DNA from: a bacterium
Lineage (GTDB): Bacteria > Patescibacteriota > Minisyncoccia > Phycocordibacterales > CALRBL01
Reading direction: 5' to 3'
DNA: 61,763 bases
Assembly (NCBI GenBank): GCA_027487075.1
Contig: JAIYEG010000011.1
Span: 1 to 61,763, forward strand
The notes beneath the pieces were generated by a model. That model was given only the letters and a program-made list of their open reading frames with translations. It did not search any database and was not told the origin of the DNA. Both the position numbers and the translations under genes were made by a program. This document shows, one piece after another, positions 1-10,005 of this stretch (the first letter of the stretch is position 1; the number at the start of each line of letters is the position of its first letter).

Positions 1-2190
1 CTTAAAAAGATACTGAGCTGGGCATGTGAGAAAGTGATTAAGTGCTGTGACCGACAAGCCTTTCTCAAGAAGTACATGCTTTGCATATTCAGCAAGACGC
101 ACGTGCTTATGCTTGAGCTTTGGTGCTTCACGTTCTTCCACCACATCCGCTTCAACCACCTTCACCGAAGCCGGATCAAGCTCATCCACAAAGCGAAGGC
201 GTGTTGCAAGCTCTCCTACCGTATCTTCTGAAGGAACAATGATTGATGCATGCTTTCTTGCGCGTGTGAGTGCCACGTAAAAAAGGCGTCGTGCATCACG
301 CACCTCATCACCATCTTTCTCGAGTTTTTTTGAAGGTAATATAAACGAGGACCCGCGCTTTCGTGGAAGCCACGCTTCTTCGGTGGCGGTAGGAATAAAG
401 ACATAATCAAACTCCAAGCCTTTAGATCCGTGCGATGTCATTGCTTTGATATGCGCTTCAGAAGTTCCCACCGCAATCTTAATGTGCTTTCCTTCAGACA
501 CTTCTTTATACGTATGAAGCTTTTCAAGAAGCACGAGAGGGTCGGTGATGCGATATTGCTTGATGAGCTGATCAACTACGTTTAGTATAGCGCGCCACAC
601 CTCAACATACGCAGGATCGGCAATAATGAGCTTCGTAAAGCCAGAGGCCTCGACAATCATCATCACAGCAAGCATGGGATTATCTTCAAGGAGGTGTGAA
701 CGAAGCTGTGTAAGCTCAGGAATCTCTATTACCACTTCATCGATATTTCCTTTTCGAAGCATGCCGAGTAATCGCACCGCATCTGCGAATTCTTTTTTCC
801 ATAGCCCTGCAACGAGGGTTTTACCAAGTGCCTCACTATCGGCAGGATCTGCCACTGCTTTTGCTAGGGCAAAAAAGATTGTACCAACAGGGTGTGAGAA
901 AATGTCGATCGATCGTTCGGCTGCAATAGAAATCCCCGCTTCCTCTACGCGCTTGATCACACAATCAACCTCACGATTGGTGCGTGATATGACCGCCACC
1001 GTTGCCTGTGGTTCTTCGCGTTCGATACGACGCAACTCTTCGATAAGGAATGCGTCCTGGCTACGACGATCTTTTGCATGTACTACATCAATAGGAGTGG
1101 CATCATGTGATGCGCCCGCCTTAAGCTTCACACGCAAATGCTCGTGCTCACCTTCTGCATAGTTTGCTTCAATCATCTTATAACTCGCATCAAGAATATG
1201 CTGATGCGAACGATAATTCTCTTCGAGGGAAATGATCTTCATCTGTGGCCACGCCTTAGAAAACTTCAAGAAGTTCTCAACTGACGCGCCTTGGAAGCGG
1301 TAGATCGCCTGTTTTTCATCTCCCACGATAAAAATATTGGGATTCTCAAAGAAATCCGCAATCATGCGAATCATGAGGTTCTGGGTATCATTGGTATCTT
1401 GGTGCTCATCGACAAGAAGATATAAGAATCGCTCCTGCACCAAACGAAGCAGAAGTTCGTCCTGTCCAAGCGCAAGCACCACATTGAGTATAAGATCATC
1501 ATAATCAAGGAGCTTTAAAGTTTTCTTCTGTTCTTCATAACGTTCAAACACCTCGGCAAAAATACGTGTCTTGTCAAGTTTCTCAATCTGTTTTTTCACC
1601 TCCGCTTTGAACGATCCCTTTGTTGCTCCACGTGTCGAGAGTGATGCAGGATCATTGGTAAGTCGGGTAATCTCTGTTTGAACGTACTCCTTAATATCTT
1701 TAGAGGTCAGCGCTTCGCGTTTTGCTTCACTTATCCCTGCAATAATCGATCCTTCATACGCATCCGGCTTTCCTAGTGGTCGAAGATCTGCAAACTTCAC
1801 ATCTTCCAAAATACTTTTAATAAGCTCTGTCGTCTCAACATCGGTCATCTGAGTAAAGCCATCAATATGCAAAAAATGGTCAGGAAACTCCGACATCAAA
1901 GATGAGGCAAATCCATGGAACGTATGAATACGCACCTCATCCGCGCGAGAACCAATGAGTGCGCGCAACTTTGTCTTCATTGCCTTCACTCCTGCATCAG
2001 TAAAGGTAATAGCGAGAATTCCTGATGGTGGTGTGTCGGTGCTTTTAAGGATGTTGGCAATGCGAAGAGTAAGAATAGTCGTCTTTCCTGTCCCCGGCCC
2101 CGCAATCACCATTACAGGCCCTTCCAGCGTATCCACCGCTTCCTTCTGCGCTTTGTTGAGCTTCTTATATTCTTCGGTAAATCGATCCAT
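1..2190 (-). CDS. UvrD/PcrA-family SF1 DNA helicase, partial (C-terminus runs off the left edge); the tail may start a PD-(D/E)XK-type nuclease domain
   Basis: Own minus-strand translation from ATG 2188-2190: MDRFTEEYKKLNKAQKEAV...VMVIAGPGTGKTT (Walker A), LLVDEHQDTN (motif II), FYVALTRAR (motif VI). 730 codons stay open to position 1. Absent from the ORF track because there is no stop in the window. Confidence 0.85.
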   Translation of the reverse strand, partial: MDRFTEEYKKLNKAQKEAVDTLEGPVMVIAGPGTGKTTILTLRIANILKSTDTPPSGILAITFTDAGVKAMKTKLRALIGSRADEVRIHTFHGFASSLMSEFPDHFLHIDGFTQMTDVETTELIKSILEDVKFADLRPLGKPDAYEGSIIAGISEAKREALTSKDIKEYVQTEITRLTNDPASLSTRGATKGSFKAEVKKQIEKLDKTRIFAEVFERYEEQKKTLKLLDYDDLILNVVLALGQDELLLRLVQERFLYLLVDEHQDTNDTQNLMIRMIADFFENPNIFIVGDEKQAIYRFQGASVENFLKFSKAWPQMKIISLEENYRSHQHILDASYKMIEANYAEGEHEHLRVKLKAGASHDATPIDVVHAKDRRSQDAFLIEELRRIEREEPQATVAVISRTNREVDCVIKRVEEAGISIAAERSIDIFSHPVGTIFFALAKAVADPADSEALGKTLVAGLWKKEFADAVRLLGMLRKGNIDEVVIEIPELTQLRSHLLEDNPMLAVMMIVEASGFTKLIIADPAYVEVWRAILNVVDQLIKQYRITDPLVLLEKLHTYKEVSEGKHIKIAVGTSEAHIKAMTSHGSKGLEFDYVFIPTATEEAWLPRKRGSSFILPSKKLEKDGDEVRDARRLFYVALTRARKHASIIVPSEDTVGELATRLRFVDELDPASVKVVEADVVEEREAPKLKHKHVRLAEYAKHVLLEKGLSVTALNHFLTCPAQYLFK

Positions 2191-2210
2191 ATTCAAAAGT
2201 ATACCATATA

Positions 2211-2239
2211 TTGACCTATCTATATTTTTATGGTAATAT
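2211..2239 (+). promoter_or_regulatory. Sigma-70-type promoter TTGACC-N17-(TGg)TAATAT, 8 nt before the ATG at 2248 (near-leaderless)
   Basis: TTGACC at 2211-2216, TAATAT at 2234-2239 preceded by TGG, and no Shine-Dalgarno sequence before the ATG. Confidence 0.55.
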
Positions 2240-2247
2240 TTGCTTAA

Positions 2248-2655
2248 ATGAAACTTCTGTTCATTACCCTACTGGGAGTGATGTCCGCATTCTTCACCGG
2301 ATGCGCCACCACTCAGAACCCTTCGTTTCAGACATTCACCACCGAGGAGATGCGCCCGTATCTCCACGATCCCCACGCCCCGCTCATCAGAGCCGAAAAG
2401 GTGTACCGTGTGTGCATCACCAACCCGAACAGTGAGGTGGCCATCGTCAATTTCGGCGACAGCACGCCACACCTCCTCAAGCCCCAGAGCTATCGGGAAT
2501 TCAAGGTGCTCCCCGGTGAGTACGTCGGCACGATCACGATCGGTCGTGCTGCGAAAGATGGCGTCATTCGTCCCCCGATGACGAAAGACATCATCTACCC
2601 AACCAACTCAGATTTGGTGTTCGTGACACTGCCAGTGTTCCCCAAGAACCGGTAA
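2248..2655 (+). CDS. Small GC-rich lipoprotein, function unknown
   Basis: 135-aa ORF with a lipobox-type signal (MKLLFITLLGVMSAFFTGC|ATTQ). It is visibly more GC-rich than its flanks and has its own promoter and terminator. Confidence 0.6.
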   Translation: MKLLFITLLGVMSAFFTGCATTQNPSFQTFTTEEMRPYLHDPHAPLIRAEKVYRVCITNPNSEVAIVNFGDSTPHLLKPQSYREFKVLPGEYVGTITIGRAAKDGVIRPPMTKDIIYPTNSDLVFVTLPVFPKNR

Positions 2656-2679
2656 CCACGGCCCAAATTCAAAACCCAA

Positions 2680-2717
2680 CAGGGCGAGCCACAAACGGCT
2701 CGCCCTGTTTTCTTTTT
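2680..2717. terminator. Bidirectional intrinsic terminator between convergent genes
   Basis: Stem CAGGGCGAGCC / GGCTCGCCCTG with a 6-nt loop, followed by a T-run. Confidence 0.7.
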
Positions 2718-3972
2718 AATAATTCTTCAAGCGATTGATCTTCTCGTGCTGACGAATCTTTTCGTGTGCCTTCGCTTCGATCTGTCGAATACGCTCGCGT
2801 GTCACATTAAACTGCTTACCCACCTCCTCCAGTGTGTGCTGGATACCGTCAGTGAGACCGTGTCGAAGCTCAAGAATCTTGCGCTCCTTTTCAGAAAGAT
2901 CATTTAAGATTTCGCGCACCTGATCGGTGAGAATACGTCGTGATGATTCCTGATCCGGAGAAAGAATTTTATCATCTGAAATAAAGTCTCCGTAGGTTGA
3001 GTTCTTGTCATCTTCACCGTCACCCACCGGTGTGTCGAGTGAGAGTGTGCTCTGATCGATTTTTTCGATGTTGTAAATCTTTTCAACGTCGAGCCCCATC
3101 TCCACCGCAATTTCATCGGCAAGCGGATCACGTCCGAGATCTTGTGAGAGACGACGTACCACCTGCTTGTACTTTGCAATGGTTTCTACCATGTGCACCG
3201 GCACGCGGATGGTGCGAGACTGATCGGCAAGTGCGCGTGTGATCGACTGACGAATCCACCATGTTGCATAGGTCGAGAACTTAAATCCCTTTGACCAATC
3301 GAACTTTGAAACCGCCTTGAAGAGTCCAATGTTTCCTTCCTGAATGAGGTCGAGGAGAGTGAGGTCAGGCGATCGTCCTACGTATTTCTTGGCAATAGAC
3401 ACCACGAGACGAAGGTTGGCACGAGCAAGAAGATTGATTGCTTCTTGGTCTCCTGCTTCAATGCGCTTTGCAAGCTCGCGCTCTTGCTCTGCCTTGATGA
3501 GCGGATACTGTCCGATCTCCTTGAGATACATCTGGATAGAGTCGTAGTTTGAATCATTGCGATTGTAGACATACTTCTTCATCAAATCCTCTTCTTCGGC
3601 AACATCAAGAAGACCTCCTCCTTCAAGGACGTCGATACCAGCGGTTGAAAGCTTCTCGTAAAGTGAATCAAGGAACATCACATCCTCTTCGATCTGAGGA
3701 AATTCTTTGAGAATGTCGTCATAGGTGATGAAACCACGCTCTTTTCCCTTCACCATGAGGTGATGGGTTTTTGTTTCAAAATCTTTTTCTTTTTTTGTAT
3801 CCTTAGCAGACTTTACGGGAGTAACAACCTTTTTTGGTTTTGCGACTGCTTTCTTTGCTGGTTTCTTTGATACCTTTTTTATGACTTTTTTAGCTGGTTT
3901 TGATTTTGCTACTTTTTTCTTTGCAACTTTCTTTACGGCTTTTTTAGCTGGTTTTGAATTATTTTTTTTCAT
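2716..3972 (-). CDS. rpoD: Primary sigma-70 factor with a Lys/Ala-rich basic N-terminal extension
   Basis: 418 aa with region 2-4 signatures (LIQEGNIGLFKAVSKFD, TYATWWIRQSITRA, LEEVGKQFNVTRERIRQIE). The N-terminus is made of ~60 aa of AKK/PKK repeats. Confidence 0.92.
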   Translation of the reverse strand: MKKNNSKPAKKAVKKVAKKKVAKSKPAKKVIKKVSKKPAKKAVAKPKKVVTPVKSAKDTKKEKDFETKTHHLMVKGKERGFITYDDILKEFPQIEEDVMFLDSLYEKLSTAGIDVLEGGGLLDVAEEEDLMKKYVYNRNDSNYDSIQMYLKEIGQYPLIKAEQERELAKRIEAGDQEAINLLARANLRLVVSIAKKYVGRSPDLTLLDLIQEGNIGLFKAVSKFDWSKGFKFSTYATWWIRQSITRALADQSRTIRVPVHMVETIAKYKQVVRRLSQDLGRDPLADEIAVEMGLDVEKIYNIEKIDQSTLSLDTPVGDGEDDKNSTYGDFISDDKILSPDQESSRRILTDQVREILNDLSEKERKILELRHGLTDGIQHTLEEVGKQFNVTRERIRQIEAKAHEKIRQHEKINRLKNY

Positions 3973-5665
3973 TGAAATGATTAGTTAACGCTCTACGAAT
4001 TTCGTCACTCTTTTTCAAAAACTCTTGCGCTTTAGCTTCATCGCCTTCCTGATCAGCTTGCAAATACGCTTTCATCGTCTCTTGAAGCTCTGTGTGCAAA
4101 CGCTCTTTTTCTGCCGATGCCAATAGATCAGCAAGATATGCTTCTGGTGACTGTCCGCTCTTTGCGAGCCATTCTTCTACCACGAACTGCAGCTCATCCC
4201 GTATGGTGTCTGCATTATGTATATAAATTTTTGCTTTGTCCTCGTTGTTGAGGAGTAAATACGTGCCGGCGATGAGCCGGTGTTTGGAATTATGTTGTTG
4301 TGAAAGCATCGTATCATCAAATCGCTGTTCTGGCAACGGAGCCTTTCCTTGCCCTTGCCCTACCACCGACGGTGTGGTGCGAAGTGCTTGATACAGTGCC
4401 TCTTCCTTGATGCCCGTTCGAGCTGCCACGAGCGTCATGAAGTGCGCTTGGTCGATAGGGCTTTCGATAGCCTTGATGTACGGCAAGAGCTCATGCTCTA
4501 CTTCTTTGCCAAGCTCTCGCGGTGGCAGATTGCGAGCAAGGAGTGCACGAAGATAAAACTCCACCACATGCACCCCTTTCTTGATTACTTCTTTAAATGC
4601 ATCGACATCAGCTTTGATGAGGTCAGCAGGATCTGCACCACCTGGCATGAGCGCCATCTTCACATCCATACCGACTGAGAGTGCGAGCATCCATGCACGG
4701 CGCGCTGCTTCGATACCAGCTTTGTCGCCATCGTACGCAATGAGAATATTCTTGGAAAAGCGTCCGAGCATCTCAAGCTGCTGCGGAGTGAGCGCGGTTC
4801 CTGAAGTTGCCACTGCATTGCCATATCCTGCTTGATGACACATGAGCAAATCCATCTGTCCTTCCACCAAAAGCGTGCATTTCCACTTAGGGATTGCGAC
4901 CTTTGCTTTGTGGAATCCATACAAGGTACGCGACTTATCAAAGAGCGGTGTGTCGGGACTGTTGAGGTACTTTGCAGTGTGCACGTCTTCCTTGCCCACT
5001 TGCTTCTCCCACTCCTTTTCACGACCCGTGAAGGCAATCACCTTTCCTTGCGGGTCGAAGATGGGAAAGATAATGCGTGAGCGAAAGCGATCATAAAAGC
5101 CTCCACTCTTCTCACCCTTCTTGGCAAGTCCCGCCTTTTCGATATGCGCATCACTGATACCAAGACCTTTGAGGTGTTCGTACACATTACTCCATCCCTC
5201 TTTGGTGCTGCCGAGTCGCCATTCCTCAATCGTACTCTGTTCGAGTCCGCGAGAAGTGAGATACTCGAGCGACTTCTGATCCTTAGCGAGCTGTTCTTGA
5301 TAGTACGACGCAGCAAGCTCCATAACCTTACGGAGCATATCCCTCCCATCTTCTACCTGCCTTTCTTCAGGTGCGCGGTACGTGTCGAGCACTACCCCAG
5401 CGCGGTCAGCCAAAAGCTTGAGCGCTTCCTTGAAGTCGAGCTTTTCGAACTCCTGCACGAAGGTGAAAATGTCTCCCTTTGCCCCACAGCCGAAACAATA
5501 ATAGCTTCCGCGATCCACCGACACCATAAAAGAAGGCGTTTTCTCGTTATGGAACGGGCATCTCCCCTTATAGTTCGCCCCTGCCCGCTCGAGCTTCATA
5601 TATGAGCCAATGACGTCCTGGATAGGAAGGCGTTCTTTAATTTGTTCGGTGGCTTTTGAGGACAT
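3959..5665 (-). CDS. dnaG: DNA primase
   Basis: 568 aa with a CHC2 zinc finger (CPFHNEKTPSF...YCFGCGAKGD) and a TOPRIM region (LLVEGQMDLL). It overlaps the rpoD start by 14 nt, the classic dnaG-rpoD arrangement. Confidence 0.92.
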   Translation of the reverse strand: MSSKATEQIKERLPIQDVIGSYMKLERAGANYKGRCPFHNEKTPSFMVSVDRGSYYCFGCGAKGDIFTFVQEFEKLDFKEALKLLADRAGVVLDTYRAPEERQVEDGRDMLRKVMELAASYYQEQLAKDQKSLEYLTSRGLEQSTIEEWRLGSTKEGWSNVYEHLKGLGISDAHIEKAGLAKKGEKSGGFYDRFRSRIIFPIFDPQGKVIAFTGREKEWEKQVGKEDVHTAKYLNSPDTPLFDKSRTLYGFHKAKVAIPKWKCTLLVEGQMDLLMCHQAGYGNAVATSGTALTPQQLEMLGRFSKNILIAYDGDKAGIEAARRAWMLALSVGMDVKMALMPGGADPADLIKADVDAFKEVIKKGVHVVEFYLRALLARNLPPRELGKEVEHELLPYIKAIESPIDQAHFMTLVAARTGIKEEALYQALRTTPSVVGQGQGKAPLPEQRFDDTMLSQQHNSKHRLIAGTYLLLNNEDKAKIYIHNADTIRDELQFVVEEWLAKSGQSPEAYLADLLASAEKERLHTELQETMKAYLQADQEGDEAKAQEFLKKSDEIRRALTNHFNEKK

Positions 5666-5754
5666 TCGCGTATAGGCATAGTAGCATATTTTGGGGAGAG
5701 TTCGAGTTTAGGTCACACAGCTCGTATAAAAGGTTAATAATATGACCTAAAACT

Positions 5755-5785
5755 GAAATAAAAAAGAGAGCTGGTCAGGCTCTCG
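5755..5785 (-). terminator. Intrinsic terminator after the 5812-6201 gene
   Basis: Stem GAGAGC / GCTCTC with a 7-nt loop. The A-run on plus is a U-run on the minus transcript. Confidence 0.6.
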
Positions 5786-5811
5786 TTGATTTTGACCGTT
5801 TTAAGTTGAAA

Positions 5812-6201
5812 CTATGCCACTTTAGGCAGACGTGAATCACTTGTCACGTCCATGGTGAACCGCAAACAGCGGAGTTCAGCATCAGCAGCAGCCACAAGGC
5901 GGGCGACTGCAAAACGCTTGAACCTGGCGCCGCAGCGTTCCACTTCCTCAATCGCTTTTCCAAGCGGGAGGAAGTAATTATCGAGCACTTCTTTGAGTCG
6001 GACAGCGACCGTGGTCATGTCCGAATCGTCGAGGTCGAGTTCCGCCGCCATTCCGCTGATGTGGTGTGCCTGAGCTTTGAAGCGCCCGAGCATAGTTTTG
6101 GCGTGTGCGAGATCGATTTCGGGAAGCAAAGCCCCAAAGAGTGCCTCGGTATGAATGAGACGGTTAGGCACCGTGTCGTAGCCGTTTGGGATCAGTTTCA
6201 T
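5812..6201 (-). CDS. GC-rich hypothetical protein with no signal peptide
   Basis: 129-aa ORF with visibly higher GC than its neighbours. It has a TTGACG-N17-TTAAAT-like promoter upstream (minus strand, about 6205-6250) and its own terminator. Confidence 0.55.
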   Translation of the reverse strand: MKLIPNGYDTVPNRLIHTEALFGALLPEIDLAHAKTMLGRFKAQAHHISGMAAELDLDDSDMTTVAVRLKEVLDNYFLPLGKAIEEVERCGARFKRFAVARLVAAADAELRCLRFTMDVTSDSRLPKVA

Positions 6202-6251
6202 TGTGGAGAGCTGTTTGCGCTATTTAACTATTAAAAAAGAGTTACGTCAAC

Positions 6252-6283
6252 AAAAAACACAGGATCTCTCCTGTGTTTTTTGT
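6252..6283. terminator. Bidirectional intrinsic terminator downstream of rpoC
   Basis: Stem ACACAGGA / TCCTGTGT with a 4-nt loop, flanked by an A-run and a T-run. Confidence 0.75.
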
Positions 6284-6317
6284 TTATCTTAGCCCTCAAT
6301 AAAGGTGCCTGTCCCCT

Positions 6318-9300
6318 TTATTCTTCGTTCTTAGTGATCTCTTCGATGAGCTTTGCTTTCTGGCTTCCCTTGAATCCGGTGCCGGCTGGGATGAGGCGTC
6401 CGATGAGCACGTTTTCCATGAGTCCAGTGAGCTCGTCGCTTGAACCTCGCACCGCTGATCCGATAAGGATTTTAGTGGTGTGTTGGAACGAAGCTGCTGA
6501 AAGGAATGATCGTCGTGAGAGAGACACTTCAGTGATACCCATCACTACGGGATCTCCCTTCGCTTCAAGACCTCCCTTCTCCTTGATGTCGCGGTTTTCA
6601 GTGATGTATTCGTAGTTGTCGACAACATCTCCTGCTGAGAAGGTTGATTCTCCAGCATCCTTGATCTTCATACGAGTGAACATCTGACGCACGATCACTT
6701 CGATATGCTTTCGAGATACGGCTGCACCTTGGAGTTCGTATGGCTTCTTCACTTCGCCGATCACGTATTCCTGTGCTTTTTCCTTACCTGCAAACTTGAA
6801 GAGTTCGTCAATGTCACATGAACCATCGGTGAGCACATCTCCCTTCTTCACTTTGTCACCTACCTTTACGTAGAGTACGCGTACTGGGTGAACGGCAAGT
6901 TCGATTTCGTTCTTACCTGCCTTTGACTTCTTGTCTTCGATATCAGGAACGATAACGATAACCTTTTCTTTTCCGGTGTTGCGGATTTCTGAAACAGTTC
7001 CGTCAACATGTGAGATAGCAGCAGGATTCTTTGGCTTTCGCTTTTCGAAGATTTCTTCAACACGTGGAAGACCCGATACGATGTCTCCCTTAAGAGATGC
7101 AGTTCCTCCGGCGTGCTTGGTGTTCATCGAGAGCTGTGTACCAGGTTCTCCGATCGCCTGTGCGGCTACGGTTCCTACCGCTTCTCCGAGGTCTACATGC
7201 TTGTTCTTTCCAAGATCAAGACCGTAACACATTGAGCAGATTCCGTTGAGGGTCTTACATGTCATCGGAGAACGTACGATAGCTTTGGTGATTCCCTGAG
7301 CTTCAAGCGTCTTTGCTTCTGCCTTGGTGAGGAGATGATTTCGTTCGAATACCACCTTTCCGTTTGCATCCACAAGGTCAGCTGCGAGGACACGTCCGTA
7401 TACATTCTTTGCAAATGGAGTTTCGATACCAGATGCAGTTTCCTTGGTGAGCGTAATACCTTCCTTAGTTCCGCAATCCTTTTCGGTGATCACAATGCTC
7501 TGTGCTACCACGAAGAGCTTACGTGTGAGGTATCCGGCCTTCGCGGTGTTGAGCGCGGTGTCGGTAAGACCCTTACGTGAACCGTGAGATGAGATGAAGT
7601 ATTCGATAGGAGTAAATCCTTCCTTCGAAGATGAGATGATAGGCACCTCGATAACTTCTCCTCGTGAGTTCTGAATAAGTCCCTTCATTCCGGCCATCTG
7701 TGTCACGTTACCGATAGAACCTCGGGCTCCGGCGGTGATCATGTCGTTCACTGATGTTCCGTTCTTCACCATGTTTGCTGCGATGAGCTTTTCTACCTTT
7801 GACTTTGCATCGTGCCAGATTTCGACATTCTTTCGTTCCTTTTCTTCTTCAGAAAGGAGACCTTCGTTGTACTGGTTGGTGACGAGTTCTGATTCTGCTT
7901 TTGCAGCAGCGATCACTTCATCCTTTCCTTCAGGAATCTGAACGTCATCGATACCCCAAGTTGTTCCTGACTTGGTTGCATACTTGAATCCGAACTTCTT
8001 GATTTCGTCGATGATAGCTGGGATTGATTCAATGCCATTCAAGTTGATGAGCTCTTCGATGATTCCCATCATAGTGCTGCGGTTTACTTCAGTGTTGATG
8101 AAAGGATAATCCTTTGGAAGTACCCCGTTGAAGAGGATGCGTCCGACGCTGGTCTCGATGAGACCTCCATTACTTTCTTTTGCGAGCTTTTCCCACTTCT
8201 TTCCTTCACCAGGAAGCACCTTAACAGGAGCTCGAAGTGCAAGTTCTTTATATACATATGCTGAGATAGCAGCCTGAGGTGATTCGAAGATTTTTCCTTC
8301 TCCCTTTTCACCAGCCACAATCTTTGAAGTCCAGTAACATCCAAGCATCACGTCGAGGAGCTTAGCAGTCACCGTAGGATCTCCTGATCCAGGTGTGAGG
8401 ATGTTCTTGTCTGCTGCCATTACTTCTTTTGCTTCCATCTGTGCTTCTTCTCCGAGTGGAAGGTGAACGGCCATGGTGTCTCCGTCGAAGTCCGCGTTGA
8501 AGGCTGAACATACGAGTGGGTGTACCTGAATAGCGTTACCTTCAATAAGTACCGGCTGGAATGCCTGAATACCGAGTCGGTGAAGGGTTGGCGCGCGGTT
8601 CAAGAGTACATACTTTCCACGAATCACTTCTTCGAGGATTGCCCATACTTCAGGAATACCTTCGTCGATGAGGCGAGATGCCCCGCGGATGTTGAATGCC
8701 AATTCTCGTTCAAGAAGTTTTGAGATAACAAAAGGTCGGAAGAGCTCGAGTGCCATGTGCTTTGGAAGTCCACACTGGTTGAGGCGAAGTTCTGGACCCA
8801 CGACGATCACTGAACGTCCTGAGTAGTCTACACGCTTTCCAAGGAGGTTCTGACGGAAGAGACCGCGCTTACCCTTAAGATTGTCAGCAAGTGACTTAAG
8901 TGGACGTCGCTGTGCCTGATTCACCCCAGCAAAGAGCTGATTGCCATGTCGAATTGAGTTATCGATAAGGGCATCTACGGCTTCCTGAAGAATACGCTTT
9001 TCGTTTCGAAGGATCACATCAGGAGCTGAAATTTCCTTGAGCTTCTTGAGACGATTGTTTCGGTTGATCACACGTCGGTACAGATCGTTCACATCTGATG
9101 TTGCATGACGACCACCGTCGAGTGCCACCATAGGGCGAAGTGCTGCAGGAATCACCGGAATGTGGGTGAGGAACATCCATTCAGGTCGTTGTGCTGACTG
9201 AATCATGCCGCGAATAAGAGCAATACGCTTGTTAAGCTTTTCGCGTTCTGTTGAGCTTGCTGATTCGAGTTCTTTTTCGAGTGATCCAAGAAGTTTCTTA

Positions 9301-9986
9301 AGATCTACTTTTTTAAAGAGGTTGTATACTGCTTCTGCTCCGATCTGCGCTTCGAACAGTGTTCCAAACTTGAGTGAGAACTTGTGATACTCGATTTCAT
9401 CGAGCACACGTCCTTCCTGAATGCTTTCGATATCGCGCTTTGCTCCCATGAGGAGGTTGGTCACCGCCTCTTTGGTCTTTTCGTCCTGCACGCCTTTTAC
9501 CTTTGACTTATATTCAGAATCCAAATCCTTAAGCACACGAGCTCGTTCTTCTTCGTGCACTTTTGTGATGAGGTAGCCAGCAAAATACACTACCTTTTCG
9601 ATATCACCAGATGGCATACCGAGGACAAGTGCAATACGTGATGGCATTGAGCGAAGGAACCAGATGTGGGCTACCGGTGTTGCAAGCTCGATGTGTCCCA
9701 TGCGTTCACGGCGTACGATTGAGCGAGTGATTTCAACGCCACATTTTTCACAGACGATTCCCTTGTAGCGGATGCCGCGATACTTTCCACAGTAACACTC
9801 AAAATCACGGTCGGGACCGAAGATTTTTTCATCGAACAAACCGTTCTTTTCTGAACGCTGTGTTCGGTAGTTCATGGTTTCAGGCTTTGTCACCTCACCG
9901 TATGACCACTCTTTGATACGATCCGGAGATGCAACCTTAAGCGACACTGCATCGAAGTCGTTTATATTGTGTTCTTTAGTTTTCAT
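6318..9986 (-). CDS. rpoC: DNA-directed RNA polymerase subunit beta-prime
   Basis: The ORF translation carries NADFDGD, zinc-binding CxCGK...CxxCGVE, and conserved trigger-loop and bridge-helix regions. I prefer the ATG at 9984-9986 (MKTKEHNIN...) because the track start at 10046 would overlap the rpoB end. Confidence 0.95.
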   Translation of the reverse strand: MKTKEHNINDFDAVSLKVASPDRIKEWSYGEVTKPETMNYRTQRSEKNGLFDEKIFGPDRDFECYCGKYRGIRYKGIVCEKCGVEITRSIVRRERMGHIELATPVAHIWFLRSMPSRIALVLGMPSGDIEKVVYFAGYLITKVHEEERARVLKDLDSEYKSKVKGVQDEKTKEAVTNLLMGAKRDIESIQEGRVLDEIEYHKFSLKFGTLFEAQIGAEAVYNLFKKVDLKKLLGSLEKELESASSTEREKLNKRIALIRGMIQSAQRPEWMFLTHIPVIPAALRPMVALDGGRHATSDVNDLYRRVINRNNRLKKLKEISAPDVILRNEKRILQEAVDALIDNSIRHGNQLFAGVNQAQRRPLKSLADNLKGKRGLFRQNLLGKRVDYSGRSVIVVGPELRLNQCGLPKHMALELFRPFVISKLLERELAFNIRGASRLIDEGIPEVWAILEEVIRGKYVLLNRAPTLHRLGIQAFQPVLIEGNAIQVHPLVCSAFNADFDGDTMAVHLPLGEEAQMEAKEVMAADKNILTPGSGDPTVTAKLLDVMLGCYWTSKIVAGEKGEGKIFESPQAAISAYVYKELALRAPVKVLPGEGKKWEKLAKESNGGLIETSVGRILFNGVLPKDYPFINTEVNRSTMMGIIEELINLNGIESIPAIIDEIKKFGFKYATKSGTTWGIDDVQIPEGKDEVIAAAKAESELVTNQYNEGLLSEEEKERKNVEIWHDAKSKVEKLIAANMVKNGTSVNDMITAGARGSIGNVTQMAGMKGLIQNSRGEVIEVPIISSSKEGFTPIEYFISSHGSRKGLTDTALNTAKAGYLTRKLFVVAQSIVITEKDCGTKEGITLTKETASGIETPFAKNVYGRVLAADLVDANGKVVFERNHLLTKAEAKTLEAQGITKAIVRSPMTCKTLNGICSMCYGLDLGKNKHVDLGEAVGTVAAQAIGEPGTQLSMNTKHAGGTASLKGDIVSGLPRVEEIFEKRKPKNPAAISHVDGTVSEIRNTGKEKVIVIVPDIEDKKSKAGKNEIELAVHPVRVLYVKVGDKVKKGDVLTDGSCDIDELFKFAGKEKAQEYVIGEVKKPYELQGAAVSRKHIEVIVRQMFTRMKIKDAGESTFSAGDVVDNYEYITENRDIKEKGGLEAKGDPVVMGITEVSLSRRSFLSAASFQHTTKILIGSAVRGSSDELTGLMENVLIGRLIPAGTGFKGSQKAKLIEEITKNEE

Positions 9987-10005
9987 ATATGTATGGATGA
10001 GGTGA

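Noticed and set aside
626-1162. A 178-aa plus-strand ORF, with other plus-strand ORFs at 34-280 and 1955-2236, inside the first 2.2 kb.
   Set aside because: They lie antisense to a continuous 730-codon helicase frame with clear SF1 motifs, and their low-complexity Ser/Arg-rich translations are typical of shadow ORFs.
5705-5754. An inverted repeat TTTAGGTCA...TGACCTAAA upstream of dnaG shares AGGTCA with the 32572-32606 palindrome, suggesting a common regulator.
   Set aside because: The spacing differs completely (about 27-nt loop versus 1 nt), and the shared hexamer is too short to separate from chance without a genome-wide motif search.
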